Assembly: GCA_965237415.1 (NCBI GenBank)
Contig: CBDEFM010000002.1
Location: 992,001 to 1,056,000 of the forward strand
Reading direction: 5' to 3'
DNA: 64,000 nt
Source of the DNA: Alphaproteobacteria bacterium
Lineage (GTDB): Bacteria; Pseudomonadota; Alphaproteobacteria; UBA828
Part shown: positions 28,874-38,308 of the stretch, piece after piece
Layout of the letters: each line of letters starts with the position of its first letter
Position numbering within the stretch: the first letter of the stretch is position 1
Made by a program: the position numbers and the translations under genes
The notes under the pieces: model-generated
The model's input: the letters and a program-made list of their open reading frames with translations, nothing else
Told to the model about the DNA's origin: nothing
Database searches by the model: none

Positions 28874-30027
28874 CGGTCAGGATCGAGCGGGTGGAGGTGG
28901 TGTGCCTCCAGGACCCGCAGACCCCCTACTACCGCTTCGAGGGCAGCTATCGGAACGTCGTCGTTATCGTCCAGGGCGACAACGGGCTCACGGGCATTGG
29001 CGAAAGCGACGCACCGCCCGAAATCGTCAAGGCGGCGATCGAGATGGCGCCTTACAACAATCTGGCCGAGGGGCTTGGCGCCATCGTGACCGGGCAGGCG
29101 GTGGACGACCCGCCTCGCCTGTGGGACGAGATGTATTCCCGGACGCAATGGTTCGGCCGTCGGGGCGCGGCAATCTGCGCGATCAGCGCGCTCGACATCG
29201 CCATCTGGGATCTATTCGCCCAATCGAAGGGCGTCCCGGTCGGTGAGGCGTTGGGCGGAGCGCGTCACGCGCGCTTGCCCGCCTACGCGACGATCTATCC
29301 GCTGGAATCGGAACCCGCGGGCATCGACGCGCAGGTCGCGCCGCTTCTGGAGCAAGGCTTCCGCCATCTCAAGGTCTGCGTTGAGCCTTGGTGGGCGGAG
29401 CCCGCGCGGGTGCGGCGAAACCTGACTCATTTGCGCGATCTTGTGGGGCAGGACCGCGGCCTGATGCTCGATGTCGCGCAGGAGTTCGCGCGCCTCGATC
29501 AATTGGCGCCCTACCTCGATTTGCTGGCCGATCTGAATTTCGCGTGGATCGAGGCGCCGTTCTCTCTCGATGATGTGGGCGAGCACGCGCGCCTCCGCGC
29601 CGCCACGTCCATTCCCATCGGCGTCGGCGATCTGGGCCTTACCACCTGCAGGGAGTTCGAGCCTTTCGTCGCGGCCGACGCCTTCGACATCGCACAGCCC
29701 GACCTCACGATGTTCGGTGGATTCACCGAGACGCTACGCCTCGCGCGGATGCTGGAAGGCACCGGCCGGCGCATCGTGCCCCACGCCTACAACACCGACA
29801 TCACCATCGCGGCCAACCTTCACTTCTTGGCCACGCAGCAGGAGATGGGCCTGGTCGAGTATTCGACGAGCCTGTCACGCCTGCGGCGGGGCCTCGTTCG
29901 CGGTCTCCCGCCCGTCGGAGAGGATGGGAATATCGCGGTGCCTGACGGCCCCGGCCTCGGCGTCACCTTGAACGTCGACGCGGTCGCAGAATTCGCGATC
30001 AGTCGCGCCGCTGAAGCATCCCGTTGA
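28870..30027 (+). CDS. Mandelate racemase/muconate lactonising enzyme (enolase superfamily) protein 2
   Basis: 'AISALDIAIWDL', 'LMLDV', 'WIEAP', 'IAQPD', 'IVPH', 'GPGLGV'. ATGA overlap with the upstream gene. Confidence 0.88.
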   Translation: MTVRIERVEVVCLQDPQTPYYRFEGSYRNVVVIVQGDNGLTGIGESDAPPEIVKAAIEMAPYNNLAEGLGAIVTGQAVDDPPRLWDEMYSRTQWFGRRGAAICAISALDIAIWDLFAQSKGVPVGEALGGARHARLPAYATIYPLESEPAGIDAQVAPLLEQGFRHLKVCVEPWWAEPARVRRNLTHLRDLVGQDRGLMLDVAQEFARLDQLAPYLDLLADLNFAWIEAPFSLDDVGEHARLRAATSIPIGVGDLGLTTCREFEPFVAADAFDIAQPDLTMFGGFTETLRLARMLEGTGRRIVPHAYNTDITIAANLHFLATQQEMGLVEYSTSLSRLRRGLVRGLPPVGEDGNIAVPDGPGLGVTLNVDAVAEFAISRAAEASR

Positions 30028-30796
30028 TCGTGAGACCCACCGCCAGGATGATGCCGCCCAGCACGACCGTGATGAGCCCGACTGCCGGCACCATCGGCGT
30101 GTAGCCGCCGATCATCTTGCCGTAGAGCCATTCGGGCACGGTGACGTCGGCGCCACTGGTGAAGTAGGAGAGCGGGAAGTTGCCCCAGGACAAGAGCACC
30201 GCGAAGAGGAAGCCGGCGAAGATGCCGGGCCCGAGCAGGGGCAGTGTGATGGTTCGGAAGATCTGCCAGCGCGAGGCGCCGAGGTCGTAGGCCGCCTCCT
30301 CCACCGCCGAATCGTATCCGTAGGCCTGGATCGCGACCACCAGCGTGACGATGGGCACGATCCAGACGAGCTGGGCGAACACCGTCGACTGCCAGGACAT
30401 CTGGATGCCCATGGAGTTGAACCAGAGCTGGAGCGCGAGTCCCAGCACCGCCTGGGGGAAGAAGACCGGGATCAGCAGCACCTGCTGGAAGAGCCTGCGC
30501 CCGCGCCAGTCGTAGCGGGCATAGGCAAGCGCGCCGAAGAAGGCCAGGATCACCGAGATCAGCGCCACGCAGACGGCGACCGTGAGCGACGTGAGGAAGC
30601 TCTCGTGTATCTGCAGCGAGTCCCACGTCATCTCGTACCACTTGGACGAGGTTCGCCGCATGGGGAAGAGGAAGAAGCGCGACTTGGAGACCGATGCCAG
30701 CCCAACAATCACCATCGGGATGTACATGATCACCAGAATGACGGCGATGTAGGCGGCGAGCAGCCGGCGGGTGAGCGGCCTGTCGATAGTGCCCAA
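29999..30796 (-). CDS. ABC permease, PotC-like
   Basis: Six TM segments; EAA loop 'EEAAYDLGASRWQIFRTITLP'. Confidence 0.88.
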   Translation of the reverse strand: MGTIDRPLTRRLLAAYIAVILVIMYIPMVIVGLASVSKSRFFLFPMRRTSSKWYEMTWDSLQIHESFLTSLTVAVCVALISVILAFFGALAYARYDWRGRRLFQQVLLIPVFFPQAVLGLALQLWFNSMGIQMSWQSTVFAQLVWIVPIVTLVVAIQAYGYDSAVEEAAYDLGASRWQIFRTITLPLLGPGIFAGFLFAVLLSWGNFPLSYFTSGADVTVPEWLYGKMIGGYTPMVPAVGLITVVLGGIILAVGLTINGMLQRRD

Positions 30797-30799
30797 GGC

Positions 30800-31705
30800 C
30801 TAGCGTTTTCCCAGCATGCGGTCGAGGTTCACCCGCCGCATCGCGAGCCACACGGCGGACCCAGCCAGCACGATCATCAGCACCGAGAGCGCGGAGCCGC
30901 GCGGCCAGTTCTGCCCGAAGGTGAAGGCGGATTCGATGTCCTGCGCGATGGTGACGATTACGCCCTTGCCGAGGAACTTGGCCTCGTTGAAGGCACCGAG
31001 CGAGATCACGAAGCAGAGCAGCGAGCCGATCAGAATTCCGGGCATCGCCAGCGGCAGCTCGATGTCGCGGAACACCCGCCAGCGCGACCCGCCCAGGTCA
31101 TAGGCCGCCTCCCGCGCCTCCCTCGGCACGTTGCCGAGCCCCAGCAGGATCGGGAACAGCATGAAGGGCAGGTAGATGTAACAAATGCCGAAGACGATGG
31201 CCGGCACGTTGTTGACCAGGCTCCCGGTCTCGAGACCCGTCACCACCTTGAGCGCGCCGTCGAGGAAGCCGCTCTTGTCGAAGAAGAGCACCCAGCCCTG
31301 CAGCCGGATGTTCTCGGCGACGAAGAGCGGCGCCACGATCAGCAGCGTGAGCAGGTGGGACCGGCGTCCCTTGATCCGCCTCAGCGCGATCGCCAGCGGA
31401 TAGCAGACGATCAGCAGGATTACGACGCTGATGAATGCGAGGAAGAGCGACCAACCGAAGGAGATGTAGAAGTTCTGCTCGACGATATCGACATAGTTCT
31501 CCAGTGACGGCGTCTCCGTGACGGAAAAGCTGCCGCGTGGCATGAAGCTGTAGACCAACACCAGCACCATCGGCCCGGCGAAGCCGATGATAAGCAGGAT
31601 GATGATGGGCAGCGCGGCGACGAAACCCTCGGAGACCTTCCACGGCATGATCTTGCGCCGCGGGCGCTCCGGCATCTCCGTGAGCGTCTCGACCGCCTCG
31701 GTCAT
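30800..31705 (-). CDS. ABC permease, PotB-like
   Basis: 'YIYLPFMLFPI', 'EAAYDLGG...LPLAMPG', 'NWPRGSALS'. Confidence 0.88.
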   Translation of the reverse strand: MTEAVETLTEMPERPRRKIMPWKVSEGFVAALPIIILLIIGFAGPMVLVLVYSFMPRGSFSVTETPSLENYVDIVEQNFYISFGWSLFLAFISVVILLIVCYPLAIALRRIKGRRSHLLTLLIVAPLFVAENIRLQGWVLFFDKSGFLDGALKVVTGLETGSLVNNVPAIVFGICYIYLPFMLFPILLGLGNVPREAREAAYDLGGSRWRVFRDIELPLAMPGILIGSLLCFVISLGAFNEAKFLGKGVIVTIAQDIESAFTFGQNWPRGSALSVLMIVLAGSAVWLAMRRVNLDRMLGKR

Positions 31706-32778
31706 TCAGGGAAGACCATCGAATCGCCCGGTTGCCAGGAGAGCGTCACCTTGTCGCCCGGCAGGCGCGTGACGGCGTCGGCGCGCAGCTCCTCGATGAG
31801 GAAGACCATCGCGCCGCTCCGCACCTGGTACTGGATGCGGGAGCCGAGCAGATATTCGTTGAAGAGCTCGCCCCGGATCGCTTTGTCGCCCGCCTCCGTC
31901 GCCGCGCTATCGGAGATCGCGACGTTCTCCGGACGCACGATCAGAACGCCGCGGCTGAAGCCCGGCGGCATCCCGGCAGGCGGCTCGAAGCTGGCGTCGA
32001 GCGTCTCGCAGCGGAGCCGCCCGTCATCGGCGAGCTGCACCGGGAGCGAATTCACCTCGCCCATGAACTCGGTGACGAAGCGGTTCTCAGGCTGGGTGTA
32101 GATCGTCGCGGGGCTGCCGACCTGCGCAAGCTTGCCCTCGCGCATCACGCCGATGCGGTCGGACATCACCATCGCCTCCTCGAGGCTGTGGGTGATGTAG
32201 ACGAAGGTCTTGCCCGTCTCGCGCTGGATGTCCTTGAGCTCCTTCTCCAGCGTCTTGCGCAGGCGATAGTCGATCGCCGACAGCGGCTCGTCGAAGAACA
32301 GGATCTCCGGGTTGAAGGCCAATGCTCTGGCCAGCGCCACGCGCTGGCGCTCTCCGCCCGAGCACTGGTCCACGGCCTTGTCGTAGTAGCTCTGCGGCAA
32401 GTGAGCGAGCTTCAGGCATGCGGCTGCACGCTGCCGGCGCTCCTTCTTGCCGATGCCCTTGCACTTGGCCGAGTACTCCACGTTCTCGCCCACGCTCATG
32501 TGCGGAAAAAGCGCCAGCGACTGGAAGACCATGCAGGTCGGGCGTTTGTTGGCGGGGACGTCGTTGATCCGCTTGCCCCTGAGCAGGATGTCGCCGGAGG
32601 TCGGCGAATCCATCCCGACAAGCAAGCGGATAAGCGTCGTCTTGCCCGAGCCCGAGGGGCCGACGATGGTGAAGAGCTCGCCCTCCTCGATATCGAGGCT
32701 GACGCCGTCGACGGCGTTCAGGCTGCCGAAGCTCTTCACGATGTTTCTGAGTTGCAATATGGGCGTGGCTGAGGCCAT
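31702..32778 (-). CDS. ABC ATP-binding protein, PotA-like
   Basis: Walker A 'GPSGSGKT', signature 'SGGERQRVALAR', 'FFDEPLS', TOBE-like tail. Confidence 0.9.
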   Translation of the reverse strand: MASATPILQLRNIVKSFGSLNAVDGVSLDIEEGELFTIVGPSGSGKTTLIRLLVGMDSPTSGDILLRGKRINDVPANKRPTCMVFQSLALFPHMSVGENVEYSAKCKGIGKKERRQRAAACLKLAHLPQSYYDKAVDQCSGGERQRVALARALAFNPEILFFDEPLSAIDYRLRKTLEKELKDIQRETGKTFVYITHSLEEAMVMSDRIGVMREGKLAQVGSPATIYTQPENRFVTEFMGEVNSLPVQLADDGRLRCETLDASFEPPAGMPPGFSRGVLIVRPENVAISDSAATEAGDKAIRGELFNEYLLGSRIQYQVRSGAMVFLIEELRADAVTRLPGDKVTLSWQPGDSMVFPE

Positions 32779-32807
32779 CGCACACCGTGCTCCCGCCATG
32801 CGTGCGT

Positions 32808-32839
32808 GTCGGCGCGGGCGGCGTACCGCCCGCGCCGAC
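32808..32839 (-). terminator. Perfect 14-bp hairpin between the binding-protein and ATPase genes
   Basis: GTCGGCGCGGGCGG-N4-CCGCCCGCGCCGAC, with a UACG loop on the transcript. No U-tract, so probably an mRNA stabiliser rather than a terminator. Confidence 0.55.
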
Positions 32840-32848
32840 GACCAAGGA

Positions 32849-34138
32849 TCAGGCGCCGCGGCTGCGCTTCGCCTGAGTGTAGAGGTCGTGCATCGCGTCG
32901 TAGTCGGGATTGATGTCGAAGTCGACGCAGCGATCGACCAGCGAGGCCAGCCAGCTGCCGTCCTCGCCCCAATGCACGGCGTCGAGCTCGTCCTGGGAGA
33001 ACTGGCCCAGCACCTCCGGCGCCCCCATCTGCACCACCGGGTTGAGCGTGCCCGGCGCCTTGGCCGCCACCTTGTAGGCGGCCTCGGGCGTGTGGCAGTA
33101 AATAAGGAACGCCTCGGCCAGCGGCGTCGGGTCGGGGTTGTTGACCAGCGAGGTGACCTCGATCCAGACGATACCGCCCTGGCCCATCGGCCGCTCGGCA
33201 GTCTTGGTCTCCTCGGGACCTTCCGCCGGCACCACGTTCACCAGCTGGGTCTCGCCTTCGAGCCTGGCAGCCGAGACGGTATAGACCGAGCCGGGGTAGG
33301 TCCCGATGATCTCGCCGGTGATCATGTCGCGGGCCAGCGCCGCCTGGTCGTCCGAGACCTTCTTGGCGTTCTCGAAGAGCTTGAAGATGTTCTCCTCGAA
33401 GGCCGCCATCTCATCGGCGGTGTGCTCGCGGAAGGGGATGAAGCCCGACGCGATGCACGTGTGCATGATCACCCAGTTCTCGTAGTCGAGGATGCCGTAC
33501 TGGCCCTTGGCGCCCTCGATCATCTCCATGTAGCCGCCGCTCTCCATCGTCTGCGGATCGACCAGATCAGTATTGACCGCCAGGCCGGCGGGGCCATAGC
33601 GCTGGAGCATGCCGAGCAGGTGCTCGCCGCTCTCGTCGAGCGCCCAGTGATAGGGCCACTCGAAGCCCCCCACGTTCATGTCGTAGAGCGGCGCGAACTT
33701 GTCCTTGTCGAGGGGCACGATCAGTCCCTCGGGGAAAAGCTGGTTGCGCTGCCAGGAGTTGTTGAGGTTGATCACGTCCCAGGTCGAGGTGCCGCCGCCG
33801 CGCAGGTTGTTCACGGCTGCGGGGTCCGAGATCAGCATCTGCGGGTTGACGTTCGCCCCGGTCTGGCGGCTGAAGGGGTCGAGCACCGGCTCTTCGGTGT
33901 AGCCCTCCCACGAGTGCAGGTTGAGGTCCATGCGGATATCGCTCATCCCGGCGAGCTCGGCCTTGGTCTTTTCCCAGAGCTCGTTCGCATAGGCCGAGCC
34001 CGTCGCCGCCTTCGCGCTGCCTGCACCCGCGCTGAGGGCGGCAGGCGCCACGCCGACCGCGGCGGCCAGCGCTGCCGACTGCTTCAGGAATTGCCGGCGC
34101 GAGGAGCTGAAGCTCCTGAAAATGTTTCCACTGTTCAT
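32849..34138 (-). CDS. PotD/PotF-like extracellular solute-binding protein, Tat signal
   Basis: 'SRRQFLKQ' twin-arginine motif and 'LHSWEGY'; heads the PotABC-like genes. Confidence 0.82.
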   Translation of the reverse strand: MNSGNIFRSFSSSRRQFLKQSAALAAAVGVAPAALSAGAGSAKAATGSAYANELWEKTKAELAGMSDIRMDLNLHSWEGYTEEPVLDPFSRQTGANVNPQMLISDPAAVNNLRGGGTSTWDVINLNNSWQRNQLFPEGLIVPLDKDKFAPLYDMNVGGFEWPYHWALDESGEHLLGMLQRYGPAGLAVNTDLVDPQTMESGGYMEMIEGAKGQYGILDYENWVIMHTCIASGFIPFREHTADEMAAFEENIFKLFENAKKVSDDQAALARDMITGEIIGTYPGSVYTVSAARLEGETQLVNVVPAEGPEETKTAERPMGQGGIVWIEVTSLVNNPDPTPLAEAFLIYCHTPEAAYKVAAKAPGTLNPVVQMGAPEVLGQFSQDELDAVHWGEDGSWLASLVDRCVDFDINPDYDAMHDLYTQAKRSRGA

Positions 34139-34475
34139 GTCTTCCTCCCGGTTTGCCGTGGGATCTCACGAAACGTGGTCCGCCTCGGATGCTAAATGAT
34201 GACAGGGACTGTCTCCAGTGCGATTGACGCGGTTCCGCAGGCCAAGTCACAACCCAGACTCGGGACCGCTTGCGCGTGGGCCACCACCAGGGCGTCACAG
34301 GGGAGCCGCAGCGCTCCGGATGGACGGCGTGCCGACCCGGCACCTTCGCTACCCCGATCACAAAATCTTGACTCTGACAGAGCCCGGAATTCGTAGTAGT
34401 CGCAGCGATTAACGCCAATCCGCAGTAACGTGAGTTCACGGCCTTGAGAGGCCCCGGCTTTTGGAGCACTCTGCC

Positions 34476-35678
34476 ATGATGGATCGTTGGTGGGAGAGCC
34501 GGACGGGCGTGCGCACCGCCCTCGCAAACGTGACGCGCCCGATCGAGGAGTGGGCGAGCGGACTGCCGAACGAGGCCTATGTGTCGGACGCCTTCGCCGA
34601 GTGGGAACAGGATGTGCTCCTGGCCCGCACCTGGGCCTGCATCGGCACAGGCAGGCGCGTGCCCGAGGTGGGCGATGCCATGCCGCTCGAATTCGCCGGC
34701 CTGCCGCTCTTCATGCTGCGTGGAAACGACGGCGAGGTGAACGTCTTCCACAACGTGTGCAGCCACCGCGGCATGGTGCTGATGGACAAGCCCACGCGGA
34801 CGCGCGGCGCGATCCGCTGCCCCTACCATTCCTGGACCTACGACCTGGACGGCTCGCTTCGCTCGACGCCCATGATCGGAGGCACCGACAGCCACACGTG
34901 CGAGGGCTTCGAGCGCGCGAAGCATGGCCTGAAGCCGGTTCGGACCGCCACTTGGTTCGACGCCGTGTTCGTCAACCTGAGCGGCGATGCACCGCCCTTC
35001 GAGACCTTCATCGCGCCGGTGGCCAAGCGCTGGAAGGATTTTTGCGGCGCCGACCTGCGCTACGAGGAGAGCGACTCCTCCTTCACCCTGGACGTCGCCT
35101 GCAACTGGAAGCTCGCGGTGGAGAACTTCTGCGAGGCCTATCACCTGCCGTGGATCCACCCCAGCCTCAACAGCTATTCCGGGCTCGAGGATCACTACCA
35201 GATCGCGGAGGAGGAGGACGGCTACGCCGGCCAGGGCAGCACCGCCTACCGGCCGCAGCTCGCGGAAAACAGCAACGGCTTTCCGACCATGCCGGGCCTG
35301 CCGGCGCGCTGGCAGGGGACGGCAGAATATGTCGCGCTGTTCCCGACCGCGCTCTTCGGCGTCCACGCCGACCATTGCTTCGTCGGCACGCTGATGCCGG
35401 CGGGCACCGGGCGCACCATCGAGCATCTCGACATCTACTACTTCGCCGACGAGGCCGTGGGCGAGGGCTGCGCCGAGCTCAGGGAGGCCAACACGCGCCA
35501 GTGGCGCGGCATCTTCGAGGAAGACCGCTTCGTCGTCGAAGGGATGCAGCGTGGCCGCGCCTCACCGGCCTACAAGGGCGGCGTGCTCTCCCCCGTGCTG
35601 GAGCGCACCACCCACGCCTTCTACCGCTGGGTGGCGCGGCAGATGATGGAAGCGACGGAGACCAACGGCGCTCCGTGA
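34476..35678 (+). CDS. Rieske non-heme iron oxygenase alpha subunit (choline monooxygenase / betaine demethylase-like)
   Basis: Rieske motif 'CSHRG...CPYHSW'; mononuclear Fe site 'ENFCEAYHLPWIH' and 'EEDRFVVEGMQRG'. Confidence 0.88.
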   Translation: MMDRWWESRTGVRTALANVTRPIEEWASGLPNEAYVSDAFAEWEQDVLLARTWACIGTGRRVPEVGDAMPLEFAGLPLFMLRGNDGEVNVFHNVCSHRGMVLMDKPTRTRGAIRCPYHSWTYDLDGSLRSTPMIGGTDSHTCEGFERAKHGLKPVRTATWFDAVFVNLSGDAPPFETFIAPVAKRWKDFCGADLRYEESDSSFTLDVACNWKLAVENFCEAYHLPWIHPSLNSYSGLEDHYQIAEEEDGYAGQGSTAYRPQLAENSNGFPTMPGLPARWQGTAEYVALFPTALFGVHADHCFVGTLMPAGTGRTIEHLDIYYFADEAVGEGCAELREANTRQWRGIFEEDRFVVEGMQRGRASPAYKGGVLSPVLERTTHAFYRWVARQMMEATETNGAP

Positions 35679-35693
35679 GCGGCAGGTCTACGG

Positions 35694-36008
35694 TCAAATC
35701 TCGCAGGCGTCGCCGTTGCAGCCCTGCTTGTCGCGTCCGAATAGGGCGCGGATAGGCGGAAGGTAGAGGGCCAGCCCGTAAAGAAAGAATAGGGGAACCT
35801 GCAGGCACACCTTGCGCGTGGCGTAGACGCCGGTGAATGCCCTGCTGCTCTCCTTCTCCACCACCACGATTTCGCCGACGGGGACCGGGCCCAGCGGTGA
35901 ATCGTCCGTCCGCAGCTCGACGCGGCCCAGCCAGTCCATGCGCGCCGTGAGGTTCGCCTGACGGACGCAGTCGGGACAGCGCGGGTTGTAGAAGAGCGCT
36001 ACGGTCAT
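35694..36008 (-). CDS. DCC1/DUF393-like thiol-disulfide oxidoreductase family protein
   Basis: N-terminal 'FYNPRCPDC' and C-terminal 'CNGDACEI'. Confidence 0.65.
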   Translation of the reverse strand: MTVALFYNPRCPDCVRQANLTARMDWLGRVELRTDDSPLGPVPVGEIVVVEKESSRAFTGVYATRKVCLQVPLFFLYGLALYLPPIRALFGRDKQGCNGDACEI

Positions 36009-36017
36009 CCCGCGTGT

Positions 36018-36824
36018 CTACACCCCGGCGCCCACGGGGCCGGTCCGACCGTAGAATCCCAAACGTTCCGTATCGCTGAAGGTGACGTCGGGCCTCTCGT
36101 AATAGGAGAATACGGCGATGATCCTTGCGCGATGGCCTTCGACCGGCGTCACGCGATGCGCCGTGTTCTTCCCCTTGAAGACGTTGAGCGTGCCGGGTGC
36201 GAGCGGCAGGGTCTGCACGCGTTCGTCATGGCCGGTCAGAAGACGGGCGACGCCTTCGTAGTTCGGATCCGAGTCGCTTCTGAGCCCGCTGCGGTACCGA
36301 AACTCCCCGCCCGTGCGAGGCGCCTGCAAGAGGATGGTGATGGTGAATTCGGCCCGGTCGAAGTGCCAGTTGAGCCGCTCGCCAGCCCCATAGGCCATGA
36401 CGTTGATCCGGCCGAGGGGATCGGCCATCGGGTAGAGCCGCGGCTTCTCCAGCGCCGCCGCCAGGAAGTCGATAAGCGGCTCCCACTCGTAAACCTGCGC
36501 GATCGTGCTGGCCGGAATCTGATCGCCGCAGATCGTGTGATTGACGGTCGTGTGTCGGCTCAGCGCCGGGTGACCGGCCTCAAGGCCCTCGATCTCGTCA
36601 TCGAAGTAGATGTTGTGATCCCGAGCATGGGTGAAGGACGCCGTGTCGAAAAGCGGCTCGACCTCCTCGATGGCGGCCCGAAGGGTCTTGGGCCGGATGA
36701 GGCCTGCGAGACTGAACATGCCGGCGTCGCACAGCTCGCCCCGGCAGCGGGCGACCAGCGCCTGCCCCCGCGCACCGTCTAGCGCATCCACGGGCCAGCG
36801 ATCGAGGTCGAGGATCGATCTCAT
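36018..36824 (-). CDS. 2-oxoglutarate/Fe(II) oxygenase (BesD/HalD-related, hydroxylase-type)
   Basis: 'WHFD' HxD motif, 'LLQAP..GGEF', 'HRVTPV', and a distal Arg. Confidence 0.78.
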   Translation of the reverse strand: MRSILDLDRWPVDALDGARGQALVARCRGELCDAGMFSLAGLIRPKTLRAAIEEVEPLFDTASFTHARDHNIYFDDEIEGLEAGHPALSRHTTVNHTICGDQIPASTIAQVYEWEPLIDFLAAALEKPRLYPMADPLGRINVMAYGAGERLNWHFDRAEFTITILLQAPRTGGEFRYRSGLRSDSDPNYEGVARLLTGHDERVQTLPLAPGTLNVFKGKNTAHRVTPVEGHRARIIAVFSYYERPDVTFSDTERLGFYGRTGPVGAGV

Positions 36825-36855
36825 GATGACATTCTTCGGGTCGGAGTCCCCTCTC

Positions 36856-38094
36856 CTACAGCCAACTCTCCTCCATCGGATACGACGAAAGCTGCTCGTA
36901 GCCGTCGGCGGTGATCAATACCTGCTCTTCGAGCTTGACCGATTCGCGGCCGCCGGCAGGCGAAGTGAGCGCCTCCACGCAGAACACCATCCCCTCGCGG
37001 AGCACGCCGTCGTCGCCGGGCTCCCAGTCCTCGGGATAGTGGATGACCGGATACTCGTCGCAGAGCCCCACCCCGTGCATCGCCGCCACGTAGCGCTGCT
37101 CGACGAACTCGTCGCCGAGGGGGCGCAGCCCCTCGGTCACCTCGCGAAAGGTCACGCCCGGCTTCAACAGCGCCTTGTTCTCCTGAATGTGCGCGTAGGC
37201 CTCGGCGTAGAGGCGCCGCTGCTCGTCGCTCGGGCGCGCATCGCATACCCACGTGCGCGAGATGTCGCTGCAATAGCCGTAGGGCCCGATGAGGTCGGTG
37301 TCGAAGGCCACGATGTCGCCGCGTTCGATGACCCGCATCGAGGATTCGCGGAACCACGGGTTGGTGCGCGGCCCCGACGCGAGCAGCCGGCACTCGATCC
37401 ACTCGCCGCCGCCGGCGATGTTGCCGCGGTGGAGCTCGGCCCAGAGCGCGTTCTCCGTGATGCCGGGCTGCAATGCCGCGCGCATCTGTGCGATCGCCTG
37501 CTCGCACACCGCGATCGAGTGGCGCATCAGGGTGATCTCGTCCGGCGACTTGACGACACGGGCGTTCTCCATCACCTCGAACCCGTCGACGATGTCGTAG
37601 CCCAATCGCTGCAACTCGAAGACACCGAGTGGCATGACACGGTCGAGGGCGATGCGCCGATTGCCGCCGCTCCGCTCGCGAATGACCGAGTCGATGTCGG
37701 CGGCCCAGGCCTTCGCCTTGTCTTCGTGTCGCTGGCCGGCAATGAAGTAGAGGAACGAGATGGTGGGACGGACCTCGTCGACGGTGGGCAGCCCCGTGGT
37801 GAGCAGGTCGCTGCCGCCGCCGAATTCGAAGAGGCAGGTCGGGCCCTCGGTCGGCACGTAGAGGTAGCGCGCCTCGTTGCGTGAACACCAGATCTCCATG
37901 TTCGACGAGTCGACGGCGTAACGGATGTTCACCGGGTCGTAGAGGATGATGCCAGCGAGATCGCGCGCCGCCAAAGCCTCGCGCACGCGCGCGATTCGGT
38001 AGCGGCGGACCTCGTCGAGATCGCACGGCGGGATTGTGTGCTCCATTGCACCGTGCTGGCGCGCGGTATTGGTGCGGTCGGTGCCGTCAGTCAT
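36856..38094 (-). CDS. M24 metallopeptidase-fold enzyme, DddP (DMSP lyase)-like, copy 1
   Basis: 'DPVNIRYAVDSSNM', 'GGEWIECRLLASGPRTNPWF', 'FDTDLIGPYGYCSDISRTW', 'HGVGLCDEYP', 'VKLEEQV'. Alternative start at 38046. Confidence 0.82.
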   Translation of the reverse strand: MTDGTDRTNTARQHGAMEHTIPPCDLDEVRRYRIARVREALAARDLAGIILYDPVNIRYAVDSSNMEIWCSRNEARYLYVPTEGPTCLFEFGGGSDLLTTGLPTVDEVRPTISFLYFIAGQRHEDKAKAWAADIDSVIRERSGGNRRIALDRVMPLGVFELQRLGYDIVDGFEVMENARVVKSPDEITLMRHSIAVCEQAIAQMRAALQPGITENALWAELHRGNIAGGGEWIECRLLASGPRTNPWFRESSMRVIERGDIVAFDTDLIGPYGYCSDISRTWVCDARPSDEQRRLYAEAYAHIQENKALLKPGVTFREVTEGLRPLGDEFVEQRYVAAMHGVGLCDEYPVIHYPEDWEPGDDGVLREGMVFCVEALTSPAGGRESVKLEEQVLITADGYEQLSSYPMEESWL

Positions 38095-38308
38095 GGGCCA
38101 ATTCCTATCGGGGCGGGGAAGCGCGACTGGAACGTACTACGGTCCGGGCCTCGATGCGTCCGGTCGCGGGTCAACGTGGCTACAGCCTTTCCGCTTCTAT
38201 CCATAGACGCTCCCTTCCCACCGATTTGAACTCGCCCCGGGAATGAGGCGCAATACGATCAGTGGAATCAGTATGCGCACGCGCATCGGACCTCGCCGTC
38301 GAGCAGCC

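Noticed and set aside
29999-30027. 29-nt 3' overlap of the convergent enolase-family and permease genes
   Set aside because: Short convergent overlaps are common and both proteins look complete.
38095-38308. Possible restriction endonuclease remnant after the MT-A70 gene
   Set aside because: Only short frames with no recognisable motif; it cannot be supported without a search.
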